A DNA stretch of 64,000 nt from assembly GCF_001194135.2 (NCBI RefSeq), contig NC_068985.1, forward strand, positions 18,581,546 through 18,645,545, given 5' to 3'. A model generated the notes under the pieces. The model was given only the letters and a program-made list of their open reading frames with translations. It searched no databases and was not told the origin of the DNA. The position numbers were made by a program, and so were the translations under genes. This DNA comes from Octopus bimaculoides (lineage: Eukaryota). Shown here piece after piece: positions 1 through 12,589 of the stretch. The number at the start of each line of letters is the position of its first letter. The first letter of the stretch is position 1.

Positions 1-44
<44 letters not shown>

Positions 45-864
45 TTTCACATTCACTTTTCCTCTACTAACACGAGTCAGATGGAATTTGTTGAGGTAGA
101 TTTTCTTTGATTGCTCTTCCTGTCACCAACCCTTACCTATTTCTAAGTAAGATAATGTTCTTCCATGGCTAGGCATGTATTTGCAGAATGTTGGAACTGA
201 ATGACACTGCTTATATGAGTGACAATCATTTACAGCTATAATGCAATGTCTACACACACACATATATATGTGTGTATACATGATGGGCTTCTTTCAGTTT
301 CCATCAACTACATCCATTCTAAAGTCTTGGTGGGCCCAGGGTAATGGTAGAAGACACTCGCCCAAGGTGCCACACAGTGAGACTCTACATGAAACAATGT
401 GGTTTAGAAGTAAACTTCTTAACCACAGTGCCATGCCTTCTCAAAGTATTTTCTGAGATTAACAACTTACGGAATACCATCTTCTAATACTTCAAACAAT
501 AACAACTGAGAGCCTATGTACTCAATCATAAAATATGTACGCATATTTATGAAGTATGTAACATACCCCAGTTTTAAAATGAACTACATAATTATTTTTA
601 TGACATAAAATTCCAAATTTGTTAAAAATATTTGAGAAATGGATATAAAAGAATTTTTACAAGGTAAACTTGTAATGTTAAATCAAATAGTTGAGCAATT
701 TATAAGGAAATGAAAATCTCCAATGATTTCATAGCAACAACCAACTTTTTTCCCTACAGACCAGTTTCATTAAAAGAAAATTTTCCCATGGACCAGGACA
801 TCACACATATATCAACACAAAATAAAGCGCATTATTAATTATTACATATATAATATATAGTGCG

Positions 865-1071
865 AAAGAGGGCAGTGAGCTGGCAGAATCATTAGCACGC
901 CATTATGTTCTGAATTGAAATTCCGCCAAGATTGACTTTGCCTTTCATCCTTTCAGGGTCAATTAAATAAGTACCAGTTATGCACTAGGGTCAATGTAAT
1001 CGACTTAATCCCTTTGTCTGTCCTTGTTTGTCCCCTCTATGTTTAGCCCCCTGTGGGCAATAGAGAAATAA
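865..1071 (+). mobile_element. SINE family 2 (GCCTTTCATCCTTTCGGGGTCGATAAA core; Meta/Sauria-like domain)
   Basis: GAGCTGGCAGAATC head; core recurs at 22,444-22,660 (+), 44,630-44,780 (+), 60,620-60,705 (+), 15,105-15,312 (-), 16,330-16,510 (-), 23,190-23,325 (-), 47,750-47,950 (-). Superfamily name is from recall. Confidence 0.85.
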
Positions 1072-1117
1072 ATATATAGTTCAAAATACCCTGCAGACTG
1101 TGATAGTCAATCAAGTT

Positions 1118-1493
1118 TTATCTTTTACTCACTTCAGTCATTAGACTGTGGCCATGCTGGGGCACTGTCTTGAAGAATTTTTTTGTTGAATGAATCGACC
1201 CCAGTACTTATTTTTTTAAAGCCTGGTACTTATTTTATCGGTCATTTTTACTGAACTGCTAAGTTACAGGGATGCAAACACACTAGTTGTCAAGTGATGG
1301 AAGCAGGACAAACTCAGACACACACAGATATATGGGCTTCTTTCAGTTTCTGTCTATCAAATCCACTCACATGGCTTTAGTTGGCCCGAGGCTATAGCAG
1401 GAGACACTTGTCCAGGGTTCCATGCAGTGGGATTGAACCCAGAACTATGTGGTTGAGAAGTAAGCTTCTTACCACACAGCCACTGCTGCACCT
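1118..1493 (-). mobile_element. SINE family 1 copy
   Basis: Same head and tail motifs, diverged. Confidence 0.85.
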
Positions 1494-1539
1494 AAATTTG
1501 GAGCAAAAAATATGGTTTTGTATGCTTACAAATATAATT

Positions 1540-1700
1540 CATCATCATCATCGTTGTCATTTTTTAGCATCCACCTTCCATGCTGGCATGGGTGGGATGG
1601 TTTGTTAGGAGCCGGTCAGGCAGAAGCCTGCACCAGACTTCTGCAACTGGTTTGGCAGGATTTTTACAGCTGGATGCCCTTCCTAACACCAGCCACTCAG
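1540..1700 (-). mobile_element. RTE-tail / RTE-dependent SINE fragments (also ~60-240, 5,170-5,380, 9,100-9,350, 11,560-11,720, 13,200-13,440, 26,420-26,545, 29,270-29,460, 32,740-32,920, 43,260-43,435, 50,810-51,020)
   Basis: Shared CAGCTGGATGCCCTTCCTAA / CCATGC[CT]AGCATGG motifs. Confidence 0.75.
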
Positions 1701-2971
1701 CAGATAATTAGATTAAGAAATTTATTCTTTGTGCGTGAAGGCACACAGCTCAATGGATAGGGTATTGCATCCACTATCACTAGATTGTGGGTTCAATTCT
1801 CAGACCAGGAGGCATGTTGTGTTCATTTCATGTTATTTTAATCAGTGGGAAGGTGCCAGAATCAGTGTCAAAATAACTGCTTTATGGTATATCTACTAGC
1901 TCTCTATATTCTGAGTTTGAATTCCACCTGGAGAAGGCAATGGGGAAACCATTCCAGTATTCATCCAAAGTCTAGTAATGGATGGCTGTAATTCCAGTGG
2001 TCTTCTTAACGATAGCAGGGGAAGGTATGGGCCTTCCCAGGCCATATAGAGAGTGCTGGAGAAGGTTAACAATCACAGGACCTGCCCACTAACATGCATA
2101 GGACCACTATTAGACTCTAGATGTTTGGTCACCCTTGCTTTATATCATATCCGAATTTGTTTGGTCCAAGGAAAATAAAGTTGAATACCAGTGGTATTTC
2201 TAAATTTGGAGCAAAAACCATTGTTTTGTATGCTTATAAAAAGTATGCCCAAGTTAAATAGGTGAAAGAAAGGACTTAACTAATGTGAATTGGTGAATAC
2301 GTTTTGAAGTAAAAAAAAAGAAAAAAACCCTTTCTTTTAAAATCATTTTTCTTTCCTCAAAAAACTAAGGTGATTAAGGAAATATTAAAATAGTTCCTCT
2401 TTAAAAGGAGTTTCAAGAAATATACATTTATCCCACTCAAGATAAAGTATTTACATTAGATACTAACTGAAATATCTATACATTTACTAAAGGACTTATT
2501 TCCCCTGAATGTTTTTTTCTTTTTTAAATCCTACTTGACAAGCCCTAGAGATTTTCTAAGTAAAGCAAAATAATTCTACAGAATTTCATAGTTCTATTAA
2601 ATTAAGTGGAGACACTCCAGTGATTAATATAATGAAGGAAGGAAACCATTAATATATACAACTGATAATAACTAAGATACCTCCTAAAATTAAACTTGGA
2701 ACCAGAGACATGATAAAACTTAAGATAGTCTTTAATAGCTAATACGACCATGGTGTAATTTTATTCCAAAGAACACTGTAACCATTAATATAAGAAATTT
2801 CAGATCAACGTGCTACATAGTGGCAGATATTTTAAATATTTTCAGTTATATTGATTAACAATTACAAAATATTGAAATGAAGCCTTAATGTTAATTAGTT
2901 TATTTTACATAGTAATAAAAAAACAGAATTTATTAGATATAGTTGGTCTAAGAGAAAGACAATTACATTAG

Positions 2972-3176
2972 TTACTCTTTTACATGTTTCAGTCATTTGA
3001 CTGCGGCCATGCTGGAGCACTGCCTTTAGTCGAAGAAATCAACCCCAGGACTTATTCTTTGTAAGCCTAGTACTTATTCTATTGGTCTCTTTTGCCGAAC
3101 CGCTAAGTGACGGGGACGTAAACACACCAGCATCGGTTGTCAACCGATGTTGGGGGGGACAAACACAGACACACAA

Positions 3177-3220
<44 letters not shown>

Positions 3221-3378
3221 GACGGGCTTCTTTCAGTTTCTGTCTACCAAATCCACTCGCAAGGCTTTGGTCGGCCCGAAGCCATAGTAGAAGACATTTG
3301 CCCAAGGTGCCACACAGTGGGACTGAACCCATGTGGTTGGTAAGCAAGCTACTTACCACACAGCCACTTCTGCGTCTA
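2972..3378 (-). mobile_element. tRNA-derived SINE family 1 (~400 bp, internal (CA)n(TA)n), near full length
   Basis: Head GGCGCAGGAGTGGCTGTGTGGTAAG...GGTTCAGTCCC (A/B-box-like) and tail ATGACTGAAACAAGTAAAAGA; more than 20 copies in the window. Confidence 0.92.
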
Positions 3379-3656
3379 TTTAGTTAGACAAATAAAAAAG
3401 CTTAGGTGATTTAGCTTAGAAAAACTTGACTTGATAATATTGTTGGTAACAAAGGAGAAACAGTTAAACAGCCAGAACAGGCATGATTGTGTAGTTAAAA
3501 GGTTCAGTTTGCAACCACATGGCTGTATAGCACCTTGGACAAACCTCTACCATGGCCAAAATTAACCAAAGCTTTGTGAACAGAATTTAGTAGATGGACA
3601 TCACACAAAAGCCTTTCATATAATAATAATGATAATAATAATAATGAAATTATTGT

Positions 3657-3828
3657 ATACAGGCGCAGGAGTGGCTGTGTGGTAAGTAGCTTGCTTACCA
3701 ACCACATGGTTCTGGGTTCAGTCCCACTGCGTGGCACCTTGGGCAAGTGTCTTCTACTATAGCCTCAGGCCGACCAAAGCCTTGTAAGTAGATTTGGTAG
3801 ACAGAAACTGAAAGAAGCCCGTCGTATG

Positions 3829-3878
<50 letters not shown>

Positions 3879-4101
3879 TAATGTATGTGTGTATATATGT
3901 TTGTGTGTCTGTGTTTGTCCCCCCAACTTCGCTTGACAACTGATGCTGGTGTGTTTACGTCCCTGTAACTTAGCGGTTCATCAAAAAGAGACCGATAGAA
4001 TAAGTACTAGGCTTACAAAGAATAAGTCCTGGGGTCGATTTACTCGACTAAAAGCGATGCCCCAGCATGGCCACAGTCAAATGACTGAAACAAGTAAAAG
4101 A
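3657..4101 (+). mobile_element. SINE family 1, full length, inverted relative to 2,972-3,378
   Basis: Complete head, microsatellite and tail. Confidence 0.92.
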
Positions 4102-4656
4102 GTGTTCAGGTGCACTACAACTTGTCAAAAGTGCGTATAAAGCATATGCAGTAATGTACAAATGTTTGGAAAGTGAACAGTGTATGAGTCAGATGCGTGG
4201 GTGCGTGCGTGCGTGCGTAAAACTACTAATGGTAGTCCCTCATTTCTGAGAAAGATAGTTCTGGAATTTCTTGCAGAACAGCCTGCGTGAATGATTTGTT
4301 TGTTGTAATCAAATGCTTGTGCTGTGCATTAGCTCACTCCCTTCATTAAATCCACTCTGCCTGTACAGGTGCATGGTGTACCCATATACCCAGCTGTCGA
4401 AGTGATCACAGAGCAATGAAAACTGAAGTGTTTTGCACCATCCAAGTCCAGTAATCAAACCCAAGATCTCACAAGCATTAGTACAACACCCTAACCACCA
4501 GGTCACATGTCCTCACAGTGAAAAGATATTAAGTCATAAAAAAACAAAAACAAAAAAAAAACAATCCAATAAATCTATGCTTTCAAATGAAAGTTCCTTG
4601 TAATTCTTTGACCATAAATGAAGTGAACAAATGCTTGTCCCATTAAAAATCTATAC

Positions 4657-4790
4657 CTAACAACAATACAATTCACTAAAAGTGATATAAAAGAAACAGA
4701 ATATGTAGATGGGGATTGCAAATCCCACAAGTGTGACATCTCACAGCCACAGCAGTAGTTATTAATGAAGTTAATTTCTGCTTTGGCTAT
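4657..4790 (-). CDS. Candidate 134-nt exon (IAKAEINFINNYCCGCEMSHLW...); alternative donor GCT|gtgaga after 46 nt
   Basis: ctgatttgacatttgtttcag| acceptor; TAG|gtatag donor; phase-0 frame open. Confidence 0.3.
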
Positions 4791-4825
4791 CTGAAACAAA
4801 TGTCAAATCAGTGCCACTTCATTAA

Positions 4826-5057
4826 CCCTTTAGCATTCAGATTACTCTGTCAAATGTAATGCTTATTTATTCACATTGTTTTGCATTAATCATGCATTAT
4901 CTCATAGCTGAAAGATTTCAATGATGTGATTGTTTATTTTTGTATCATGACATTATAAGATAGACGTGAAATACGCTAGATCTGTCCATTTTTAACACAA
5001 ACAGGTAGAATTTTTAATATAAACAGGTTAGATATGGCTGGTTTAAATACTAAAGGG
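4826..5057. mobile_element. piggyBac-like MITE (TTAA target); further copies at ~29,980-30,184 and ~32,505-32,700
   Basis: TTAA|CCCTTTAGCATT ... AATACTAAAGGG|TTAG; internal sequence recurs in three copies. Confidence 0.75.
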
Positions 5058-6429
5058 TTAGTATGTATATTCTCATCAATAGTAATATTAATATGGACTG
5101 GTGAAATATTTGTTTCTAAAGATGAGTTTCTTTGTTTAAAATCAGTTGGTAAATCACTATTATATACATCAGTATTTAACATCCATGTTCCATGCTGACA
5201 TGGGTTAGATGCTTTGAAAGGATCTGATGGGCCCAAGGACTGCATGGTGTTCCACTGTCGGTTTTGGCATGGTTTCTACAGTTGGATGCACTCTTTAATG
5301 CCAACCATTATACAGTGTGCACTGGGCACTTTTATTAATGCCACCAGTGCTATTGAGGTTACCATATAACTTGCACATGTCTCTTCCTTTCTCTCATAGT
5401 TTCATTCCCTAGCATAAAATTGCACACACCCTCCTTCAAGGTTTGTAGTCTTGCATATGCGTGCACACACACACACACAGAGGGAATCTCTATATATGAA
5501 TATAATCCATTCTAGAGACCTGTTTGTTAAGCAAACTGTTTGTTACCAAACTGTTTGCATATAAACACAGATAATCCATTCCAATCCCACACTCCACATA
5601 AAGGTAGGGAATGATGTTTTTCCATCCATCAATAACAGCTACATAAATATTTGTGTGTGTGTGTGTGTGCACACGCATGTGNNNNNNNNNNTCAATAACA
5701 GCTACATAAATATTTGTGTGTGTGTGTGTGTGCACACGCATGTGTTTTTCCTTTTGTCTTGCTTCTGCTGATCTATAGTTACATTTTCAGGAAAAAATTT
5801 TTTTTACATGAAATAGAAAATTTGCAAGCTACATGAAATGCTTGCATGGATGTAAAATTGTTCTTCAAATGTCAGCTCTTGACAGAATATAATTTTCTTC
5901 AGAAAAACTGTTTGCTAAAACAATTTGTTCATTTAGTGTCCCATTTGTATAAGTTCTCCCAGCACTTATGCAAGTGCGTAGTTTACTAATGGTTTGTTGT
6001 TAAAATTTCAAATTGTGAAATGAATGGGTTCCCAGTCATTTTCATGTATGCATAGTCTGCTGGCACTTCACTGACCAAATTTCAGCCCATTTATGCTAGT
6101 ATAGTTTTTCCTTTTCAGAAAAGCCATTTGTTATTCAAAGTGTTCATTTACAGAACCACTTGTACATTAGTACCCACATTGTGTATGCATACATACACAC
6201 ACACACACACACACATGTATACATGCATGCACATAGCCACATGTACATACATATATGTATACATACACACAAGTGAGTGAACAAACAAAAAAATGCACCC
6301 AACACATTTGGTAGGAGTTACATACTCTTAATAAGTCTGACTCAGCTCAGCATTACTTAAAGTTTCATGAGCAAGTAGAACACATCCATTTCATCAGATC
6401 CTAACAGCATAAAAACCAGATGTGATATT

Positions 6430-6560
6430 ACAATGATGATGATAATGATAGAGGTAGTAATGATGACAGCGGCAGTGACAATGGCTGTGGTGCTGCCAAT
6501 GACAACAAAGACAGAAGTGGTGATGGCAGTAGTTGTAACAATGGTGATCACAACAGCAAT
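6430..6560. repeat. Degenerate trinucleotide (GAT/GAC/GGT) low-complexity tract
   Basis: Directly visible. Confidence 0.8.
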
Positions 6561-9500
6561 CTTTCTTTAGAAACTTGCCTACACTATCTATTAGAAACCA
6601 TTAGTGTCTAACAAAATTCATTATAATTACTTTGTTTCTAAGACTTTTTGAGGATGTTCAGCCATTTGATATCAAAAACGAATAGAATTAGCAAGTAATT
6701 ATCAAGCTCAGAAAAAAATCAGATGAATTAGATTAGCTAGTAAAAGGATAAATGAAATAAATGCTTTTCCTTCTAATTAAGTCTTGACATACAGTATGGG
6801 TATCACGAATAACACTGAATCTCATGCTAATACATTTTAATGAAAAATTTAATTTTGAATTCATTCAGCAGAATAGACAGTAAATATTTATATAGTAGAA
6901 GTATACACATATAAAGAGAATGTACTCTGATAAAACATTAATAACTAGTATTCCTATATTACATACACAACTAGAGATAAGTCAATATGGAATTCTCTGT
7001 GCAGTTAGTTGATCTGCTAGAAATAACAGCCAAATTCTCTCAAATCTCACACCCACCATTTTTGAGGGGAAAAAAAAAAAAAAACATCAGTCAATGTAGC
7101 ACTATATAATGTGGTGTAGCCTGATGGCCAGTTCGTGTACAGGAGATAATCATTTCCATGTAATATTTGGTAGAATAAGAAGTTTGAATTTGAAATTTTG
7201 AAACAAGATCGTGAAGAGAATATACTAAATATTATATATGCATGTTTACTTGTTTCTAATTATTTAAATTCTTCCTCTGAGGAAGGAGCTGGTTTCTAAC
7301 AAAGATACAAAGTTCTGACATTGGAATGTAGATAGCAAAAGCAATATCACATTTTAAACTTTAAAAAAGTCTTGCATACTTCTACTGTTCCACTTAGAGG
7401 CTGTATTTGTCATATGTGAGTGAGTTGGTCAATTTCTTTTCCTGAAAACCCTAGCTTATCCAGATTGTCACTTAGACATTTGCTCAAAAACCCAAGTGCA
7501 CCAATTATTGATATAAAGGTGAATTTCTAATCTGAATATAGGAGCTGAAAGGTGTTAGAGGCATTGTCCATAGTTGTCCTCTTTCTCTTTGATTTTCAAT
7601 GAGATATCCACATCAGCAGGACAGCTGTCTGTCCCAAACAGTTAATAGTCTGGCATTATTCCAGTTTAACATAATGATGCTCATAAAAGAGAACTTCTAG
7701 TACAATCTTGAAATCACTCATCACTAACAGATGCATTGATTTATCTAACTTTTATTTATTTCAAGTTTCAACAAACATCAAATTTACACAGGAAATATCT
7801 AAAATCTTTCAACAGATAAAGTTTATTAATATTGAATCAATTTCACACAGCAGACTGACAATTCACACATCAAAAAAACTGGAATGAAAATATGATGCTT
7901 TACTGATGATCCAAATTTCCACTGTCTCAGATATATGATCTGATCTTAATTTCTTTGTCTTCGGTTACTTCCTGATATAATTATCTTTCTTATTGAAATA
8001 ATGCCCCAAAATATATCTTATGTCAATTGTTTCATTATAGGCTTTTTTTTTAAATAGCCATCTTTGTATCATAATAAATAAATAAATGCATGTATACATG
8101 CACGCACACACACTGTTGATAGGCTAGTTATTGCAGTGCTTATCTAAGATAGCCGCTCTTATGGATGTCTGTATGATACATAGATGATTAATTTAATAAT
8201 TTTAATTGCATATATTGGATTTTTATTCAGCCAAGTGGCTATTTGCAACATCAGCGAATGTTTTATTTACGCTTCTTATACCAATGGTAACAAATTCTTG
8301 TCTGAGCATGTAGCTAGCTGCAAGTATGTGCCATTGAAAAGTACCGCCCACCCCCACCCCAGGCTGAAATGCATCTAGTGTTCTTGCTGGCCACTGTTAG
8401 AACAAATTTCCATCTCCCTTTGATATTGTGTTTTTATCACAGCAAGTCAATAACAGATGTGATATCCAAGCAAATACTGCAGTAATGGCCAATCAACAGT
8501 GTGTATACATTAAGTATGATACATAGATGGCTATCTTAATTTAATACTCCCTCAATTGCATATGCTAGATGCATTTCTTTTTGTAGAAGTTTTTTTCCCT
8601 CAGGTCAAGAATATACATTTAAGTGGTTTATCGTTTGCTTTTATAGTAGATTTTACATAAATTAACTATCCATCTAGTCCATAATAGAGATTTTAAAAAA
8701 ATTTTATGTATATCCATAGCAATATTTCATTCACTTTTTACTTAGCTGGTCTAATTCATCTTATTCGTATCTGAGTTTGATAATTACCCACTTATTCTAT
8801 TCATCTTAGATATTAAATGGCTCAGCATCCTGAAAAAATCTTAGAAGCAAAGTAATTATCAGGGATTGTAGCTTTTTTGTCTTCTCACAGCTAAATAGCT
8901 TCTATATCCTAATTTTCAAGCATGGGTGCGTCGGTGAGAAGTTTGCTTCCCAACCACATGGTTTCTGGTTCAGTTCCATTGAACGTCACCTTGGAGAAGT
9001 GTCTTCTACCATAGCCCTATGCTGGCCAAAGCCTTGTGACTGGATTTGGTGAACAGAAATAAAAATATATGCGCATATGCATGTGTGCATGCATAAATGC
9101 ATGTATCAGTATGTTTGCATGTGTTTTTGCCTTCCTGATGTGGCTTGATAGTTGTAAAGGAGTGTCACTATCACACAATGTCTTGTTGCCAATCTTTTGT
9201 GAAAATACATCTGGTCATGTGGAAATATTAACCTGCTTAAAATGAAATGAGAATTGGCAATAGGAAGAGCATCCAGCTGTAGAAAATTTGCCTCAATGAA
9301 TTCCATTTAACTCATGCAAGCATGGGAAAGTGAACATTAAAAGAATGATAACCAAAGACAATATAATTAGTACAGACAGTAACCAATCGAACTAGATGTT
9401 TTATTGAAGACAAAGCTTGCTGCCATGATATTCATTCTTCTAAGATTCATAAAATCAGTCTAGCAATATATCCAATTCAATTCAAAAATGAGTTTCCCAA

Positions 9501-11156
9501 GCCAAAATGATCTGATAATGTTTGGCACAGAAGCAAGATGACTCAGAATCAAGAGGAGTGATCACATGCTATGCTACAAATCCAAACCATCCATGTTGCC
9601 TTAGTAAAATAGATGTTAAAAATAACAAGATTTCTAGTTAGAAAATTCAATTATTTTAGAGTTAACAGTAGCAGAAGAATTGCTGTGTTCTCATATGGGA
9701 GGAATTTCTTTGATACATTTTAAAAGAAATATTGATTTAAACACTTCTGTAATGGGTGGAATCATTATTATTAGATACGTAATATTTATTAAACTGACTC
9801 AAGAGAGGGGAAAACCCTTGTGCACTCAATATGGTAAAAACTAACGACTGTAAAATGGAGCATCTTTGAAAGATACAAGGAAACAATGCTACTTACAAAT
9901 CTGATTCCATATATATCTGATCAATATGATAGCAATCAAAATTATATCAATCCTCTATCATTAGACATGTAAACCTACAGGTAATTATTGTTTGCTTGGC
10001 TCATTTGCAAAGTAAAAACATAAGCGAAATAGCAAATTTAATCACATTTCTACTCGCATAGCAAAATTCAGAGATGATGAATAAATAAGAAAAATAAATG
10101 ATTAGATAAGCTAGTTCTGTGCCATAATGAATTAGTAAATGGTAAATATTTATCAATATGGCCAATCTCCAAAAGAGACTCCTCTAATCTTTTAATAAAT
10201 TGGTTTGCATAATGCACACAAGCTATCAACCTGATGAACTATAATAATCTAAAGCTCTCTTTTTTTGAAAAAAAAAAAAAATTCTCTAAGCACCAACAGT
10301 GTGTTTCTAGTCAATAACCTTTATTTGACTCAGGAAACTAAAATTTTGACCCACTGTGTTTTTTACATTTAATAATTTAATAATCATGATCTCATGTCTG
10401 GCTGCTTGATGTTACATTTAAATTATTAGCAACCAAGAGAAAAAAATAGCTCATTAACATCATCTCCTGACTGTGTGTATTATTGACCAAATGGTATATT
10501 CTATGATGAGTCACAGACAACCACATGAACTCTGCACACAGTCTTTGAGACAATTCTATAGAGTCCTGTTCTTTTATTGAAATTTCATTATCTAAAATAT
10601 AAAAGCTATAACCATTAACTTGCAACTAAACATATTACATAATGTTTTAGAGAATAGAGAATATCCAGTATTACATACTGATGAAGCATGAAGTTAAATA
10701 GTATTTGCATATATATTTCAGAAAGTTATTTTCTATTACAATGTATTTTATGTCTTCCACTTAAGTTAACATGATAAACATATCCTGTCAGTTCAGTTGA
10801 GACTAATGTAAATCTCTATATAACAATGGCTGATATAAATGTTGGCTGATTGGTCTCTGCAGTCATGCTTTAAATAATATAGAGGAAGAGAGAGTAAAAG
10901 AGATACAGAAAGAAAGAGATGACATAAGAACTGCAGGATGAAGCTTGATGACAGACCATGAGTAAAAGAACATACACAGTGTGAGTGAGAGATAAAGAAT
11001 CAGAGTGACAAAGGAGGAGAGGGAGTAAAGAACAGATGAGTTATGGGAGAAGTTAGACAAATGAGAAATTCATTTTATTTACTTTTATGGTAATTTTTGT
11101 TGTATCCATTATCTTAGTGTTTATACATGTTAAATTTCAAATGTTGTATGTATACC

Positions 11157-11500
11157 GTGTGGAGGCACAATGGCTCACTGGTTAGGGCAGCAGACTTGCA
11201 ATCATAGGATCATGGTTTCGATTCCCAGACCGGGCGTTGTGAGTGTTTATTGAGTGAAAACACCTAAAAGCTGTACTCTTTCACCACAACTTTCTCTCAC
11301 TCTTACTTCCTGTTTCTGTTGTGCCTGTAATTCAAAGGGTCAGCCTCGTCACACTGAATAACCCCGAGAACTACGTTAAGGGTACACGTGTCTGTGGAGT
11401 GCTCAGCCACTTGCACGTTAATTTCATGAGCAGGCTGTTCCGTTGATCGGATCAACTGGAACCCTCGTCGTTGTAAGCAACGGAGTGCCAACAACAACAA
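11157..11500 (+). mobile_element. SINE family 3 (GCACGTTAATTTCACGAGCAGG...GGAGTGCCA tail)
   Basis: tRNA-like head GGTTTCGATTCCC; copies at 14,645-14,910 (+), 62,120-62,420 (-), 63,652-63,980 (+). Confidence 0.85.
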
Positions 11501-11819
11501 TGTATACCATATTTCCTGATTACCCACAGTGGCAAAAGTATATTTCCAAAGTTACCCGTCATAATCATCATCATTTAACATGTTTTCCATGCTAGTATGG
11601 GTTGGATGTTTTGACAGAAGCTGGCAAGCTAGAGAGCTACAACCAGGTTCCATTGGTCAGTTTTGGTACAGCTGGATGCCCTTTCTAATGCTAACCACTT
11701 TACGAAAAGTGCACTGGGTGCTTTTTTAAAATCATAATCAGGATAATACAAATGTAAGGGATAATTCATAGACTGCTTTTCTCTTTCTAACTGTAGAAAG
11801 CATTTAGATAAAGGAAACT

Positions 11820-12026
11820 CTTTTACTCTTTTCCTTGTTTTAGTCATTTGACTGTGGCCATGCTGGGGCACCGCCTTTAGTCAAGCAAATCGACCCCAGG
11901 AGTTATTCTTTGTAAGCCTAGTACTTATTCTATCGTTCTCTTTTGCCAAACCGCTAAGTTACGTGGACGTAAACACACCAGCATCGGTTGTCAAGCGATG
12001 TTGGAGGGACAAACACAGACACACAA

Positions 12027-12068
<42 letters not shown>

Positions 12069-12240
12069 ACATATACGACGGGCTTCTTTCAGTTTCCATC
12101 TACCAAATCCACTCACAAGGCTTTGGTTGGCCCGAGGCTATAGTAGAAGACACTTGTCCAAAGTGCCACGCAGTGGGACTGAACCCTGAACCATGTGGTT
12201 CGTAAGCAAGCTACTTACCACATAGCCACTTCTATGCCTA
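11820..12240 (-). mobile_element. SINE family 1, young full-length copy
   Basis: High similarity to the 3,657-4,101 consensus, with several CpGs retained. Confidence 0.92.
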
Positions 12241-12589
12241 TAATAGAATCCATAATAGAATTTCTTTTAAAAAAAAAAGAACATCATTAGACATTTTATT
12301 AACATAAATATGTAGAGACAGGAAAACATTAGAAGCAAGAAAAACACTAAAAGTATAAAAGATCAAATTATTGATAAAAAAAACAAACCCCTAATTACCT
12401 CACCAAGGAAACAAAGAAAAAGAAACAAAAACAGGGGGAAGACTGAGAAGCAGATGGGTGGTGGTGGTGGTGATGGAGAGAAGGAGTTATGGGTTATACA
12501 CCTCAGAACAAATGAAGTATTTAGCTGTGCCTTGCAGATGTGATTGCAAAGGCATTACTGCTGTGCAATAAGTTAACTAAAAGGTATTT

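Noticed and set aside
471-505. 35-nt minus-strand micro-exon (LLLFEVLEDGIP)
   Set aside because: Weak polypyrimidine tract and no consistent phase with the stronger candidates.
3657-3740. tRNA genes suggested by A/B-box-like motifs
   Set aside because: These are tRNA-derived SINE heads attached to SINE bodies; no cloverleaf with a coherent anticodon arm was found.
5629-5744. Exact 53-bp tandem duplication
   Set aside because: Identical copies on either side of a 10-N gap: unmerged contig overlap, an assembly artefact.
6120-6180. Possible C2H2 zinc-finger linker (EKPF...)
   Set aside because: No Cys-X2-Cys or His-X3-His pattern follows.
8229-8284. Plus-strand pseudo-exon AKWLFATSANVLFTLLIPM resembling an SLC17 transmembrane segment
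   Set aside because: Spacing is off by two residues, it is isolated, and it sits inside degenerate repeats.
8788-8829. 42-nt minus-strand exon candidate behind a strong acceptor, in phase with the 19,921 exon
   Set aside because: It lies wholly in a repeat that has an inverted second copy at 6,623-6,765; not supportable as a genuine exon without RNA data.
9897-9974. Minus-strand segment ending in a perfect GTAAGT donor
   Set aside because: Stops in all three frames from the best acceptor; could only be non-coding.
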